Shown piece by piece: positions 1 through 11,860 of a stretch of DNA of 36,741 nt. The translations under genes and the position numbers were made by a program. The notes under the pieces are model-generated. The model had not been told where the DNA came from. It made no database searches and saw only the letters and a list, made by a program, of their open reading frames with translations. Origin of the DNA: Chiloscyllium plagiosum (taxonomy: Eukaryota); the NCBI RefSeq assembly GCF_004010195.1, contig NC_057751.1:14238812-14275552 (forward strand), in the 5' to 3' direction. Positions within the stretch are counted from its first letter, which is position 1; every line of letters starts with the position of its first letter.

Positions 1-27
1 GTAAATCATGAAAGCAAATCATGATTC

Positions 28-232
28 GGGCGGCATGGTGGCACAGTGGTTAGCACTGCTGCTTCACAGCGCCAGAGACCCGGGTTCAATTCCCGACTCA
101 GGCGACTGACTGTGTGGAGTTTGCATGTTCTCCCCGTGTCTGCGTGGGTTTCCTCCGGGTGCTCCGGTTTCCTCCCAAAGTGTGGACTTGTTGGGCCGAA
201 GGGCCTGTTTCCACACTGTAAGTAATCTAATC
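28..232 (+). mobile_element. HE1-type tRNA-derived SINE with internal deletion
   Basis: tRNA-like head with A box (tggcacagtgg) and B box (ggttcaattcc), CR1-like 3' tail and aatct end repeats. The central part seen in other copies is missing (junction cctcccaaag|tgtggac). Confidence 0.9.
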
Positions 233-929
233 GCAGGATTGTAATCAGACAAAATAATGGATTGCAAACTAAAAATAAGAGGCTGTTTAAACCAAAAGTA
301 TGGGTAAAGAGGTGGGCTTTGGTGGGGTGGGTGTGTGCGCTGTACCAAAATAAGATCCGAGCTTAAGGGCCTACACACTTGAAGGTATGATTGTTGTTTG
401 GAGTGAAGAAAGGAGAAGATGCAGAAGAACTTGCAACAACAACTTTAACATAATCAGATGTCCCAAGGTACTTCAGTTCATGACACCCAGCCATACAAGG
501 ATGTGTTGGATCAGCCAAGTAGGTGAATGTTAAGAAATATTGGAAATCTGGAAGGAGAGGCAGAAAGTTGTAGGGGGTGTATTCCAGAGTGTATGTTCCA
601 GGCATTTTAATGACCACTGGTCGAATGATCAATTTTAGGACGAATATCCCTTGTGGGCTAATGTTCTGCCAAGGCAACCTCCCAAGATCTGCGCAGACAG
701 CTACTTCTGCAAGTGGAAGCCAATGCATTGTCACCCCAATTGGCATGTGCAGAACATGGCAGCATCAATGTAATGGAAGGAACATTGTTTGGGGCTGCAC
801 AACAGGTCAGGATTAGAGAATGCTGCAACGTTTCTTCTGTGCTGAACTACCACACACCGATTGGCATCTGGATGCTGATGCTGCACGTCTGTCTCAGAAT
901 TCTGAGCACCGAAGACAAGTTAGAGGGAG

Positions 930-2080
930 TATTGTTGTGTTTACGGATCACGGGAGGGCCAAGCTCATGGAGGGATTTGGAAACATCTGAGAGAGCATGG
1001 ATTACAATTTTAAAATGAAAACCTTACTTGACTGTGAGCCAATGTCGATTAACTCTTGTCTGTGGCATTGGGGTATGGGAATTGGTACAAGGTAAGGCAT
1101 AGGCAGCAGCTCCATTGCCCACTTCATATCAATGCCCTAACCCTGTCTTCAACGAGTTGTTCTGTTCAACTATATTAGGCACAGACGTGCATGAGTGCAC
1201 GCACACGCACGCACACACCTCCCTCCCACCCTCCTCCCCCCACCCCCCCCATGTAAATGTACTTTCTTTGTTGACCTCTTTCCTTTTGTCTGCAGCTCTC
1301 TTTTATCTCTGGTCTTGCAGCTCCCATATGTTCACTTCATTCCTGTTACTGCTACTTTCAGATTGAGGGGCAGCAGGCCACATAGATCAGTATTTCTTCT
1401 TAGCCATGAAGAAAGAGACTCATTCCCTTTACCATTGACAGAGACTCTTGAACGTCATCTTGAAACATGCTGAAAACGTACAAGAGATTCTCGAGACGTG
1501 AATGATATTATGAACATTGCTTAATATGCTACGTCTGGTTTAAGTTCACCGCAATTAGATTTGTCAAGTCTCAGGGAAACAAAGGCTATGTGAGGATTTC
1601 ATGGCAGATGAGTTGAAACTAGTGAGGTTGGCCTATGTTATGGAAGTTGAAATAAGCCATGGTAGTGATAGGATGAACATGAACAAGGAAGCTCATCTCA
1701 GTGTCCATTTTGATAAAGTACTTGTGAAGGGATTGGCTTCATATCAGGTGATTGTAGGGAGAGGAATGGGGTCAGCAGTTGGAGGTCGAATTTAGAAAAT
1801 GGCGAGTGAAAATAATAGCTCCAGAATTCTCAATAATGTACTGGAATGAAATTGCTACTCATCTAGTCCTGAATGTCACAGAAGCAGTCTGTTAATGAAA
1901 CAACAACGGATGGGTCTCGAGAGCTGTTGGCAAGGTAGAGTTGGGTGTCAGCAATGTAAATGTGAAAGCTAATGCTGTGCCTTTTAGATGATGCCACCAA
2001 GAAAAATGGTGTTGAGGATAAAGAGAAATGATGTGGGCTCAGGATAAACTCTTCACATATGCAAGAGGTAATGGTGCAGT
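930..2080 (-). mobile_element. Highly decayed L2-like LINE RT fragment(s), approximate bounds
   Basis: Minus strand near 1935-1965 reads H-I-Y-I-A-D-T-Q-L-Y, a decayed HxYADDTQLY L2 motif. Confidence 0.45.
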
Positions 2081-2152
2081 GGTTTTGCCTGTAAGCTATT
2101 ACACCTTGTGGGTGCTAGGCTGCATCGTTGGGCCAACTTTCAGCCATTTTGC

Positions 2153-3040
2153 TGTGGTGTCAGGCAGAATCACTATCCATTCAGATTTGACTCGAATGAA
2201 ATCCTGTTTTTGGTGAAATTCTCTTTGTTTCCTCTGTGTTCTCTTGAGTTCAAACCCATGGAGACTGGCATTGGTTGACTGGAAGATATCACGTTCAAGG
2301 CACAGTGCGATCCAATGGCAGTCACTTTTAATTGTATCTTAGGCCAAGGCCCTATTCAGTTATTTTATTGAGTCTTGTGGAACTTTTCAGAATGCTAACA
2401 TTTGGGCAATGGAGATGTTTTAAGCAGCAGGTTTCAGTCAGAAAGCTGACAGTTGGCACAGTGGAAGGCCTTTCGGAGGTGAACTTCTGTTTCACACATA
2501 CGAAAAGCTGGAATTGCACTGCTCAGTCAGAGTCAGCCTTGGAAACTCAGTGGCAGGCAGACTGAAGAGAAGAGATTGACAAAGTGAGATCAAGGCAGTC
2601 AAGATTTGAGGGAGATCAGAGTTCTGACCTTGAAGTGAGAGGAGCTGAGGTCCTTTTTTGGGGTTGGGGGGGGTGTTGTTGGACTGCTTTAAAGAATTTC
2701 CATGACTCACTGGCATCTAGGTGGATTCCTGAAAAAATTCAGTCTCCTGTCTTGGCTATGTCTGCTCTTTATTGTGTGGTTTCGTTGTAAGTTGGATCAT
2801 GTTATTTCTGTTTACTCATGTTTGCCTCATGTTAAATCTGGATTTCAGAGTATAAGATTGTTTGCTTTTTGTTTTCTGTGTACCAAGATTGTTTTATGAA
2901 TTTAAATCTGTTGAATCCTGTGGTTTTAATCTTTAAGGAAATAATTCTGACTTGCAACTTGGTCAGCTTTTAAAGCTTTGAGTTTCTTGTCCCTCACCTG
3001 AGAGTAACCAGATTTGGCCGTCTGGTCGAGGATTGTAACA
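2153..3040 (+). mobile_element. Possible old solo LTR
   Basis: TGT...TGTAACA termini, T-rich 3' third, no ORF. The 5' boundary and TSD are not verified. Confidence 0.3.
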
Positions 3041-4412
3041 GCATGACTCAGGAACCCTGCAGACCAAAGGGCCCAGGAATGAGTGGTGAACCAGGCTCAC
3101 CAGGGGAGTATTGAAATAATTTGAGTCACAAGATGAGGGGCTGGTAAGCGTTTCAGCAACAGAGATGCTGTGTTGACAATGGAGCTAAGAATTATTATGG
3201 AAATGGGCATGAATAGTCTTGGTGATTGTATGGCAAAGTGGCTAGAAGCTTGCCCTGGCTGAAATGAAACACGAGGGTCCCAACATGCTCTTTTCCAGTC
3301 TCTGGACAGTTTTCAGTGACAGTGATGGCGCTTGTGCAAAGGACTGGACTGTAGCAGAGACTGAAGACAAGGACTTCAGTGTAGTTAAGGAACATTGCTG
3401 CTTCCCAGGAACTGCGTGTTAGACCAGCAGAGTGACAAATGAGCAAATGTGCAGGCATTGTTGGGGACTGATGAGATAGTGTTTGATGCCACTGTTGTCC
3501 ATCTGCAACCTGATCTGTTTCCACACGGGATCACCAAGGAGACAGCGGACAATTATGGAATAGGATGAGGCCACTGAGAGAGAGAAAAGAAACCATTGCA
3601 GGTGACATTGGCATGAGTGCAGTCTCTCTCCTCTCCGTGTCAGAGAAGCATTGGAGGATGGTGGTCTGCTCAGTCTGTTGTAGGTTGCATGCAAGTTTTC
3701 ACATCAGGGAATGTTTAAATAATGGCATCCAAAAAAATTGGTATTCAGCAGTTGGTGAGGCACAAACAAATAGATTAGTGAGCCTGACATCAGTGGTGGG
3801 TAAGTTGGTGGAGGGGATTCTGAGGGACACAATTTACATGCATTTGGAAAGGCAAGGACTGATTGGGATAGTCAACATGGCTTGGTGCATGGGAAATAAT
3901 ATCTCACTAACTTAATTGAGATTTTTGAAGAAGGAATGAGGAGGATTGATGAAGGCAGAGCAGTGGATGCGATCTGTATGGATGTCAGTAAGGCATTAGA
4001 CAAGGTTCCTCGTGGTAGGCTGGTTAGTAAGGTTAGATCACATGAAATCCAGGGAGAGCTAGCCATTTGGATACAGAATTGGCTTGAAGGTAAGAGACTC
4101 GGTTTTGGTGGAGTGTTGCTTTTCACATTGGAGACCTGTGACCATCGGTGTGCCACAAGGGTCAGTGCTGGGTCCACGGCTTTTCGTCATTTATATAAAT
4201 AATTTGGATGTGAACATAGGAGGTATAGTTAGTAAGTTTGCAGAAGACCCCACAATTGGTGGTGTAGTGGACAGCGAAGAAGGTTACCTCAGAGTACAAG
4301 GGGACCTTGATCAGGTGAGCAAATAGGCCGAAGATGGAATTTAATTCAGATAAATGTGAGGTGCTGCATTTTGGAAAGGCAAATCAGGGCAAGACTTGTA
4401 CACTTAATGGTA

Positions 4413-4710
4413 GTCATGATGTACCAGTGTTGGACTGGGGTGGACAAAGTTAAAAATCACACAACACCACGTTATAGTCCATCAGGTTTATTTGGAAGTA
4501 CTAGCTTTTGAAGTGCTGCTTCTTCATTAGGTAACTAGTGAGGCAGGATCATAAGCCACAGAATTTACATAAATTCTTTCTTTTGCTGTAAATTCTGTGT
4601 CTTATGATCCTGTGCAACTAATTATCTGATGAAGGAGCAGTGCTCCAAAAGCTAGTGCTTCCAAATAAACCTATTGGACTACAGCCTGGTGTTGTGTGAT
4701 TTTTTCATGA
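4413..4710. mobile_element. Fold-back (palindromic) PLE-terminus-derived element A with hammerhead motif; 7-bp TSD aatggta
   Basis: Arms 4452-4568 and 4588-4704 are reverse complements. TSD at 4406-4412 and 4711-4717, and the host CR1 resumes after it. Confidence 0.85.
4623..4657 (+). ncRNA. Minimal type-I hammerhead motif with G12>A change (likely inactive)
   Basis: CTGATGA-A-GGAGC-AGT-GCTCC-AAAA-GC-TA-GTG. Confidence 0.6.
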
Positions 4711-5878
4711 AATGGTAAAGTGCTGGGGAGTGTCGCTGAGCAAAGAGACCTTGGGGTGCAGGCTCTTTGCTCCTTGAAGGTGGATATGCACGTAGACAGG
4801 GTAGTAAAGATGCCATTTGGTACGCTTGCCTTTATTGGTAGTTGCATTGAGTGGAGGAGTTGAGAGGTCATGCTGGGTTATACAGGACATGGGTTAGGCC
4901 ACTTTCGAAAAAGTCAATTAAATTCTGGTCCCCCTGCTGGAGGAAGGATGTTGTGAAACTTGAAAAGGTTCAGAAAAGATTTACAAGCATGTTGCCAGGG
5001 TTGGATAGGCTGAATAGGCTGGGGCTGTTTTCCCTGGAGCGTCGGAGGCTGAGGGCTGACTTTGTAGAGGTTTATAAAATCATGAGGGGCACGGATAGGA
5101 TAAATAGCCAAGCTCTTTTTCCCAGGTGGGGGAGTCCAGAACTCAAGGGGCATAGGTTTAAGTTGAGAGGGAAAAGATATAAAAGGGACCTAAGGGGCAA
5201 CTGTTCTGTGCAGAGGGAAGTGCATGTATGGAAGTGGTGGAGGCTGGTGCAATTACAGCATTTAAAAGGCATCTGGATGGGTATCTGAATAGGAAGGGTC
5301 TAGAGGGATCTGGGCTGGGTGCTGGCAAATGGGACTAGATTAGGTTGGGATATCTGGTCAGCATGGACAAATTGGACCGAAGAGTCTGTTTCCATGCTGC
5401 ACAAGTCTACGACTATAAATCAGTATTAAGAGTTTGTATCCACGTTACTGTTAATAAATTGTTTTTGGAGATCACATTTTGTCTGTTTTGGGGCTGTGCT
5501 GTAAAAGTGAGGGAATTCCTTTATCAATGACATGGCTAAACTATTTGAAGTGTTGGGGTTGATGATGGAGTAGCCTTTCACTTTGCATGTAAAGATGGCA
5601 TTTTATTGCCGGCAGCTTGAAGTTTTGGATGGATCATCAAAGGTGAGAAAAGAAATATTGAAAAAGGGAGTGCAGTTTGGCCAATTTGCAAAGTGTTTTG
5701 CCCCAGTCTGCTTCGAGATACGTAGCATGCTGCTATAAATAGCAAGTGTGTGCTGTGTGGAAAACTGTGGGGGAAAAGAATAACTCGCAACCTTGGGTCC
5801 TCAAAGGATTAAGGCAAGCTGCCAGCATTGTTCTCTGTGCCTGGTGTTTGCTTCGTTGAAATCAGGAGCAGAGTGTTG

Positions 5879-5900
5879 GTCACGTGACGTGTCACAGCTG
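5879..5900. promoter_or_regulatory. Clustered palindromic TF motifs: GTCACGTGAC (USF/TFE/CLEAR-type E-box), overlapping TGACGT CRE half-site, CAGCTG E-box
   Basis: Sequence gtcacgtgacgtgtcacagctg retains CpGs within a non-repetitive segment. Function is inferred only. Confidence 0.4.
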
Positions 5901-5950
5901 CTGCAACACATCAGTGGCCAGGGAGTTAAACCACAGTTAACGCATGCATA

Positions 5951-5969
5951 TAGAGAGAGAGAGAGAGAG
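5951..5969. repeat. (GA)n microsatellite
   Basis: tagagagagagagagagag. Confidence 0.9.
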
Positions 5970-6108
5970 CAAGCCTTTCTCTGTTCTCTTCCTCTCTCTG
6001 CACCTGGCTGAAGGGAAAGTTGTTTTTAACCTAAAGTACTGTATCACTTCTGTTAACCCGTCAGCATATGTGCTCGTGCTGCGTGTGTGTACGTTTTCTC
6101 CTACCTAG

Positions 6109-6221
6109 CCATGTGCAAGCAGTTGTACTGGAGCCGAATGTCAGCATTTCCATTTGGAATCCAACTCGGAGAGAGGTGGGAGCATGAAGGGAGGGGTTTG
6201 ATGGCCTATGCATTGGCACAG
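6109..6221 (+). other. Candidate unannotated KAT6A alternative exon (ATG 6111: MCKQLYWSRMSAFPFGIQLGERWEHEGRGLMAYALAQ)
   Basis: Preceded by gttttctcctacctag (acceptor-like) and gccATG. 37 open codons end at CAG|gttaga in phase 0, compatible with exon 23237. No homology recognised. Confidence 0.35.
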
Positions 6222-7475
6222 GTTAGAATATCACTTTCTGTACTTGGTGTTCACTGAATGGTCATCTGGTTCAGGTGGGGTTACTGGGTAAGCTGTGCAT
6301 TTGTACGGTGGCGAGCGGAGATCATTGCAATTTCCTTTTATGTTGCTGAATTCAAGTTTTCTTTACATTGGTGCGTCCCACATTTGGAAACTTTGAAAAT
6401 AGTCAAGTTTAAATGACTTAGCTTGCAAGTTTGTTAATTGGATCCTGCAAAGCATCTGGTTTCTGAATTTATTTGTCAGGTTAATATGAAGAACACCATG
6501 AATTGTGGGGCATGTGAAGTATGGGCACGTGACTGTATTTGTGTGAAATAAGGCATATGGAAAGTGGCTAACTGCAATCACTGTACCCCTCAGGAAGGGT
6601 GCACAATAACAACCCAACTCGTTTGTGAACAAGGAGCAAGACATCTGCAAGGGTTACATTTGTCCTCATGAGTCCAGTCCTGATGTCAGTAAGTGATCAA
6701 TAGAAATGCAGGAAATCGGTGGGCATGAGAAGATCCCCTGGTCCATTCTGGGTAGTATAATGCTATCAAATGATCATCTGCCGTCCAGGCCAGAATGGAG
6801 TTCTGACAATAGGTCCCCACGACCATTGCTTTTCGTATTCAAGTGACACTGGGTCATTTCTCCACTCTGTGTATTTTCTAGTTTCCTGCCATCAGTTTCA
6901 TTACCGGTTGGAATGGTGAGAGGATATTATGAGCGAGGCAGGAAGCAGCATAAGTTTGTGTATACCCGGGGGTTGGAGTCATGAGTTAACGAGGAATCAG
7001 AAGGAAGTGTTCTTGCCGACACCATGCATTGTAATTCGGATTGTGAGGATCAGTCATACTGGTGCAATATTTCTTTGATATCCTCAGGAGAGGTGATAGT
7101 CTGTGATCTTCTAAACTAATTTCTTTAGTTCTGAATCTTATGGTGACCTCAAACTTCCCCATCTTTCTGCAGTGCAACAGATTCTACGCTTGGTTATGGA
7201 AGTACCCCAATTAGTGGACCTCTGGTACTCTGTGCTTGGTTGACATGACACGTCTACCTCCAAACTTAGGCAACAGTTGACTGATGATTGATAGCAAATT
7301 AACCTCCCTTTATCTCACTGCGGATGCTCTGACTTGAATTCTCAGCTCCTTCCTGTCCATACCGACCTATTCGTTGTGACTATCAGGTTTTGCACGTCCT
7401 AATAAATAGCTGTGCAGTTGAGTTCTCCTTGTATTCGTGTTCAACCTTGTTCGTTTAGTTCATTTATTTTTGCCA

Positions 7476-8886
7476 GGAGAAAGTGAGGACTGCCGATGCT
7501 GGAGATCAGAGTGGAAAAGTGTGGCACTGGAAAAGCACAGCAGGTCAGGCAGCATCCGAGGAGCAGGAAATACCACATTTCGGGCATAAGCCCGTCATCG
7601 GTAATGTGGCTGGGGAGGGGTCAGGTGACAGATGGGGAGGAGAAGGGGGCTGAGAGATAAATAGGAGGATGGGGTGGGGCTTGGGGAAGGGAGCTGGGAA
7701 GGCGATAGGAGATGCAGTTGGTGATAGTAACAGTCGGAGTGGAGGGTGGAGTGGATAGCTGGGAAGGAAGATGGACAGATAGGACAGTTCAAGAGGGTGG
7801 TACCAAGTTGGAGGGTTGGATCTGGGGTGAGGAGACATTAGGAGCTGGTAAAGTCGATGTTGATGCCGTGTGGTTGAAGGGTCCCAAAGCCGGAGATGAG
7901 GCGTTCTTCCTTTAGTTGTCAGGTGGCTTGGATTTAGTGGCGGAGGAGGCCCAGCACTTGAATATCCTTGGTGGTGTGGGAGGGGGAGTTGGAGTGGTCA
8001 GCCACAGGGCAGTGAGTTCTTTGGTACGTGTCTCCCAGAGATGTTCCCTGAAACACCCCACAGGTTGGTGTCCTGTCTCCACAATGTCGAGAAGACCATA
8101 TCGAGAGCAATGGACCCAGTCAATGAGTTGTTCGGATGTGCAGGAAAATCTCTGCAGGATATGGAAGGATACTTTGGGGCCTTGAACGGAGCTGAGACAG
8201 AGGTGTGGGCACAGATTTTACACATCTTGTGGCAGCAAGGGAAGGTGCTGGGTATGGAGAGTGGGTTTGTAGGGCTGTAGACCTAATGTGCACCTTCTCT
8301 TGCCGCTGCAAGAGGTGTAAAACCTGCCCTCCCCCCACCCCCAACATTAGGGAGGCAGGACAACGCCAACTCGGGAATGTTTCAGGGAACATCTTTGGGA
8401 CACGCACCAAACAACCCCATTGCCTGATGGCCAACCACTTGAACTCCTCCTCCCAGTCTGCTAAGGACATGCAGGTCCTGGGCCGCCTCGACTGCCAAAT
8501 CAACTGTCACTCAACGACTGGAGGAAGAACACTTCATCTTCGGCCTTGGAACCCTTCAACCACACAGCGTTAACATTGACTTAAGAGTTTCCTAATGTCC
8601 CCTCCCCCCACCTCATCCCAGATCTAACCCTCTGACTCGGCACTACCCTCTTGAACTGTGCTACCAATCCATCTTCTTTCCCACCTATCCACTCCACCCT
8701 TCCCTCCCACCCATCACTAATATCCCCTACCTGCATCTACCTATCACCTTCCCCCAACCTCCACCTACCCTCCTAGTTATCTCTCAGCCCCCTTCTCCCT
8801 CCCACATTCCTGAAGAAGGGCTTATCCCTGAAATGTTGACTGTCCTGTTTGGCCTGCTGCACTTTTCCATCGCCACAGCTTTCGAC
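7476..8886. mobile_element. Penelope-like element remnant: two inverted 3' halves (GIY-YIG endonuclease and 3' terminus), minus arm ~7476-8275, plus arm ~8285-8886
   Basis: Minus arm translates FSCTSEQLIDWVHCSRYGLLDIVETGHQPVGCFREH (decayed GIY-YIG). Plus arm gives CRCKRCKTCP...NHLNSSSQSAKDMQVLG...EEEHFIFGLGTLQPHSVNID. Decayed hammerhead motifs at 7573-7602 (-) and 8807-8838 (+). A 13/16 direct repeat at 7460-7475 and 8887-8902 is a probable TSD. Confidence 0.85.
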
Positions 8887-10389
8887 TCATTTCGTTTTGC
8901 TACCATTTTGGATCCAAGCACACAAGTGCAGGCACAGTTGACTGGATGATTTTGTTTTGTGTGTATAACAAATATGTGATCAATTTCAGTTATTTTTTCA
9001 CTAAAAGTAAGAAGAGGGTCTCGTCTAATCAAGTGTTCTAACATTTTTACTTCTGAAGTACTTTCCACTCGCTGTTCAAACCCTTCAGTACTCTTTGAAC
9101 CTCTGGATTATGCAGCTGTACTTCCTTAGATAAGCCTGCAGCTTCCGTATTAATCTCTCCTGACATCCTCTGAAGTGGTATTGAGCTCTTTGTAATATTT
9201 TCATTGATTTCATTGAAAGTTGTAGCAGGGCAAGCCAGGAGCAGCATCAGGAGTCCCACTGTCCCCTTAATACTACCTAATCTGATAATGTAGTAAGCTG
9301 TTAAACCCATACTTGCAGCCACCTCCTGCCATCTCAAGTGATCTCACAACTTCTATTATTACTTCAAACATGGAAGATTATCTCTGATCACTTTATTGTC
9401 TCTCACCGCCCAAAAACTCCTCAACCTCCACCTTGTGCCAGTTCCCACACTTGGAGAAGCTGCCTCTCATTTCACTTCGAAATGTATATCAAACGTGCAA
9501 ACTGCTGAGCAGTGATCCTCTACTCATCCAGACATTTTCTGGTCAATTCTTTTCTCAATCACCCTCACTTCTAGCTTGTGATGCTTAATCCCCCAGTAAG
9601 ACCATTGACAGTCCCTCAGCTGTAACTTTGAATAATGTCCTAATTTCTGTATCCTTCAGACCAAAGGATCCAGACTCGAACAAGTATGTTCAGGAAATGG
9701 TTCAACCAGATCTTCTGGACCATGTCAAACAAGATTGGGTCTTGCGCTCACCCACTGAAATAGCTGTCATTGTCAGGTTCTTCCTGGGAAGCAAGGATGA
9801 CCTTTACCACCTTGTGACTGCAAACTATCTGCTTGACTCCTGTCTGTCTGTGTTTCTTCCTCAATCTCACCTCCAGCAACGTCGTTTTCTTTGCGACTGG
9901 CATCGAGAGCTATCCAATCAGCTGCCTCTGCTACTTCCATCCCTTCTCCTAGCTCATGTTCTGTTCGTCTTCATGCTCATTATAAACAACCAAGTCGGAA
10001 ATGACCAAATTGCAAAACTATGAAGATCATCTTGCTGAAATGAAGACTGGTATAATGTGCCTGTTCCAAATCTTTGTCATAGTTTGGCAGTCCATTTGAA
10101 TGTCTCCTCAGAAACCCTTCAGTGGCCCTGGGTGGTTCTGAAACTATTTTAGAAGAATTCATTATTTTACCGCAGTTATTCAGTCTCCTTCCAAATCTTG
10201 TAAGCTTGTATGATCGCAACTTGTGTTGCCTTCAGCTTTGTTCTTCTGAGAACTATTTCCTTTTAATCTGTAAAATTATATTTTTATTAAGTCAGAATTG
10301 TCCTCAACTTAGCCGTTTGGTTTCTTTAGTCTTGTTTTAAAATGTTCCTGCTGCTTAGGTTTGATTTCATACAGTCTTTTTCAAAATTT

Positions 10390-10691
10390 GGGCGGCACAT
10401 TGGCACAGTGGTTAGCACTGCTGCCTCACAGCGCCAGAGACCCGGGTTCAATTCCCGCCTCAGGCGACTGACTGTGTGGAGTTTCCCGCCTCAGGCGACT
10501 GACTGTGTGGACTGTGTCTGCGTGGGTTTCCTCCGGGTGCTCCGGTTTCCTCCCACAGTCCAAAGATGTGCAGGTCAGGTGAATTGGCCATGCTAANNNN
10601 NNNNNNNNNNNNNNNNNNNNNNNNNNNGGTCGGTGTGGACTTGTTGGGCCGAAGGGCCTGTTTCCACACTGTAATGTAATCTAAAAAAAAA
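10390..10691 (+). mobile_element. HE1-type SINE with ~29-bp internal tandem duplication, spanning an assembly gap
   Basis: tRNA head, ttcccgcctcaggcgactgactgtgtgga present twice, CR1-like tail with aatct and A-run. Confidence 0.92.
10597..10627. other. Assembly gap (31 N)
   Basis: Run of n. Confidence 1.
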
Positions 10692-11218
10692 TTTCCTCTG
10701 ACTGACAAACAAGGCATTCCAAACAGAAGATTTACGGTGCCTATAATATATATTACGAACTTTTATCCCGAGGTTTATGGTTGTCTAAGTTGCTACAGTT
10801 GGTTGCATGAGTGATTAGGTCTGCAGAACAGTGTGTCATTCTAATTCTGCCATTATTGGCTCACAAGATGTTGTTGTTGAGTTAATCAGACCTTGACGAC
10901 CCATTGTTGGTAGTTTAATCTTTGTGAAGTAATTGAATTAATAACCATATTGAAGTTGTTGTAGTTAATTCCAGGATCTTGCACTTTTATCTGATGCCTT
11001 CAATTCCATGACTCTGTTTCCCTGTTTATTGAAACATGGGCCTATCCTGGTTGATATACAGCAGACTAATAGTTAAGGTTTCCTTCTACTCACGTTTGAC
11101 CTAAGTTTTGATGTGTTCATGTAAGCTTAGAACAGAGAGTCGCAATTAAAGTAGCATCTCAGACTGGCAAATAGTTTAAAATAACTCCACAGGATTAGAA
11201 ATGGGACCTATTCAGTCC

Positions 11219-11380
11219 ACAAAACAAAATGCTGTGGATGCTGGAAATTTGACATGAAAGCAGCTGGTGGGAGCATCTGTGGAAACAATCTGAGTTATGG
11301 ATGTAGATTTGCTCGCTGAGCTGAAAGGTTCATTTTCAGGCGTTTTGTCACTATATTAGGTAACATTCAGTGAGCCTCTG
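11219..11380 (-). mobile_element. Decayed PLE terminal fragments, including a degenerate hammerhead-like motif at ~11337-11372
   Basis: Reverse complement reads CA-CTGAAT-GTTAC-CTAATATA-GTGAC-AAAA-CG-CC-TG. Stem II and CA/TG stem I are retained, but the core is mutated. Confidence 0.45.
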
Positions 11381-11429
11381 AAAAATCATTTCGAGGCAGT
11401 GAGGAAGATGCAAAGAAAGAGTGACTCAG

Positions 11430-11860
11430 TGATATTAGAATGGAGAGGTGATACCTAACAGGCAAAAGAGAACTGACTCAAGCTCTTTTCTCTCACCAAG
11501 GAGAGTTGTGGAAGGTGACCTGATGGAGATCTATGAGATGAAAGCTGTTGATAATCTGAGAGGTGATGTTACCACTCTCAGAAGAGACAAGTACAAAGGG
11601 TCTTAAATGTAAGATAGCAATAAAGCTATGAGAGAATTAAGGAAAATATATTTCTTTTAACCAAGAATATGGTGAGGATGTGGAATTCCATACCAAAGGA
11701 GTAGTTGTTGTCAGTTGCTGATCAATTAAGGTAAATCTACATCAGCATGCAACTGAGAAATTAATGGCAACGTATCTTGATGAGATGAAATTAAGGCGGC
11801 TAAGTAGAGGTTCATGTGGAACCTGAAAACCAGGATGAACCTGTTTGGCAGACACTGGAA
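11430..11860 (+). mobile_element. Old decayed CR1 3' fragment
   Basis: Degenerate LFSL..RR..GDL.E.Y and F.QR.V..WNS.P segments (ggtgacctgatggagatctat; gtgaggatgtggaattccatacca). Confidence 0.6.

Larger units (their letters stand above)
3770..5420 (+). mobile_element. 5'-truncated CR1 (HER1-like) LINE, RT and 3' UTR, interrupted at 4413-4710
   Basis: Frameshifted ORF2 motifs SLTSVVGK, MDVSKALDKVP, GVPQGSVLGP, FAED, LEKVQKRFT and the CR1 3' UTR. Confidence 0.93.

Noticed and set aside
1..10. gtaaat at position 1 as the donor of the preceding KAT6A exon
   Set aside because: Plausible, since I found no canonical upstream exon in 1-23236, but it cannot be tested without upstream sequence.
28..100. 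tRNA genes at SINE heads (also 10390 and 22520-22593)
   Set aside because: A and B boxes are present but continue directly into SINE bodies, so these are not stand-alone tRNAs.
4413..4710. Fold-back elements as CRISPR repeats, terminators or DNA-transposon MITEs
   Set aside because: The context is eukaryotic with no repeat-spacer periodicity. Variable TSDs, variable apices and hammerhead motifs point to a PLE origin.
9628..10023. 131-aa ORF and surrounding sequence as a gene
   Set aside because: Non-ATG start, no recognisable domain and no convincing splice sites. Probably a decayed repeat.
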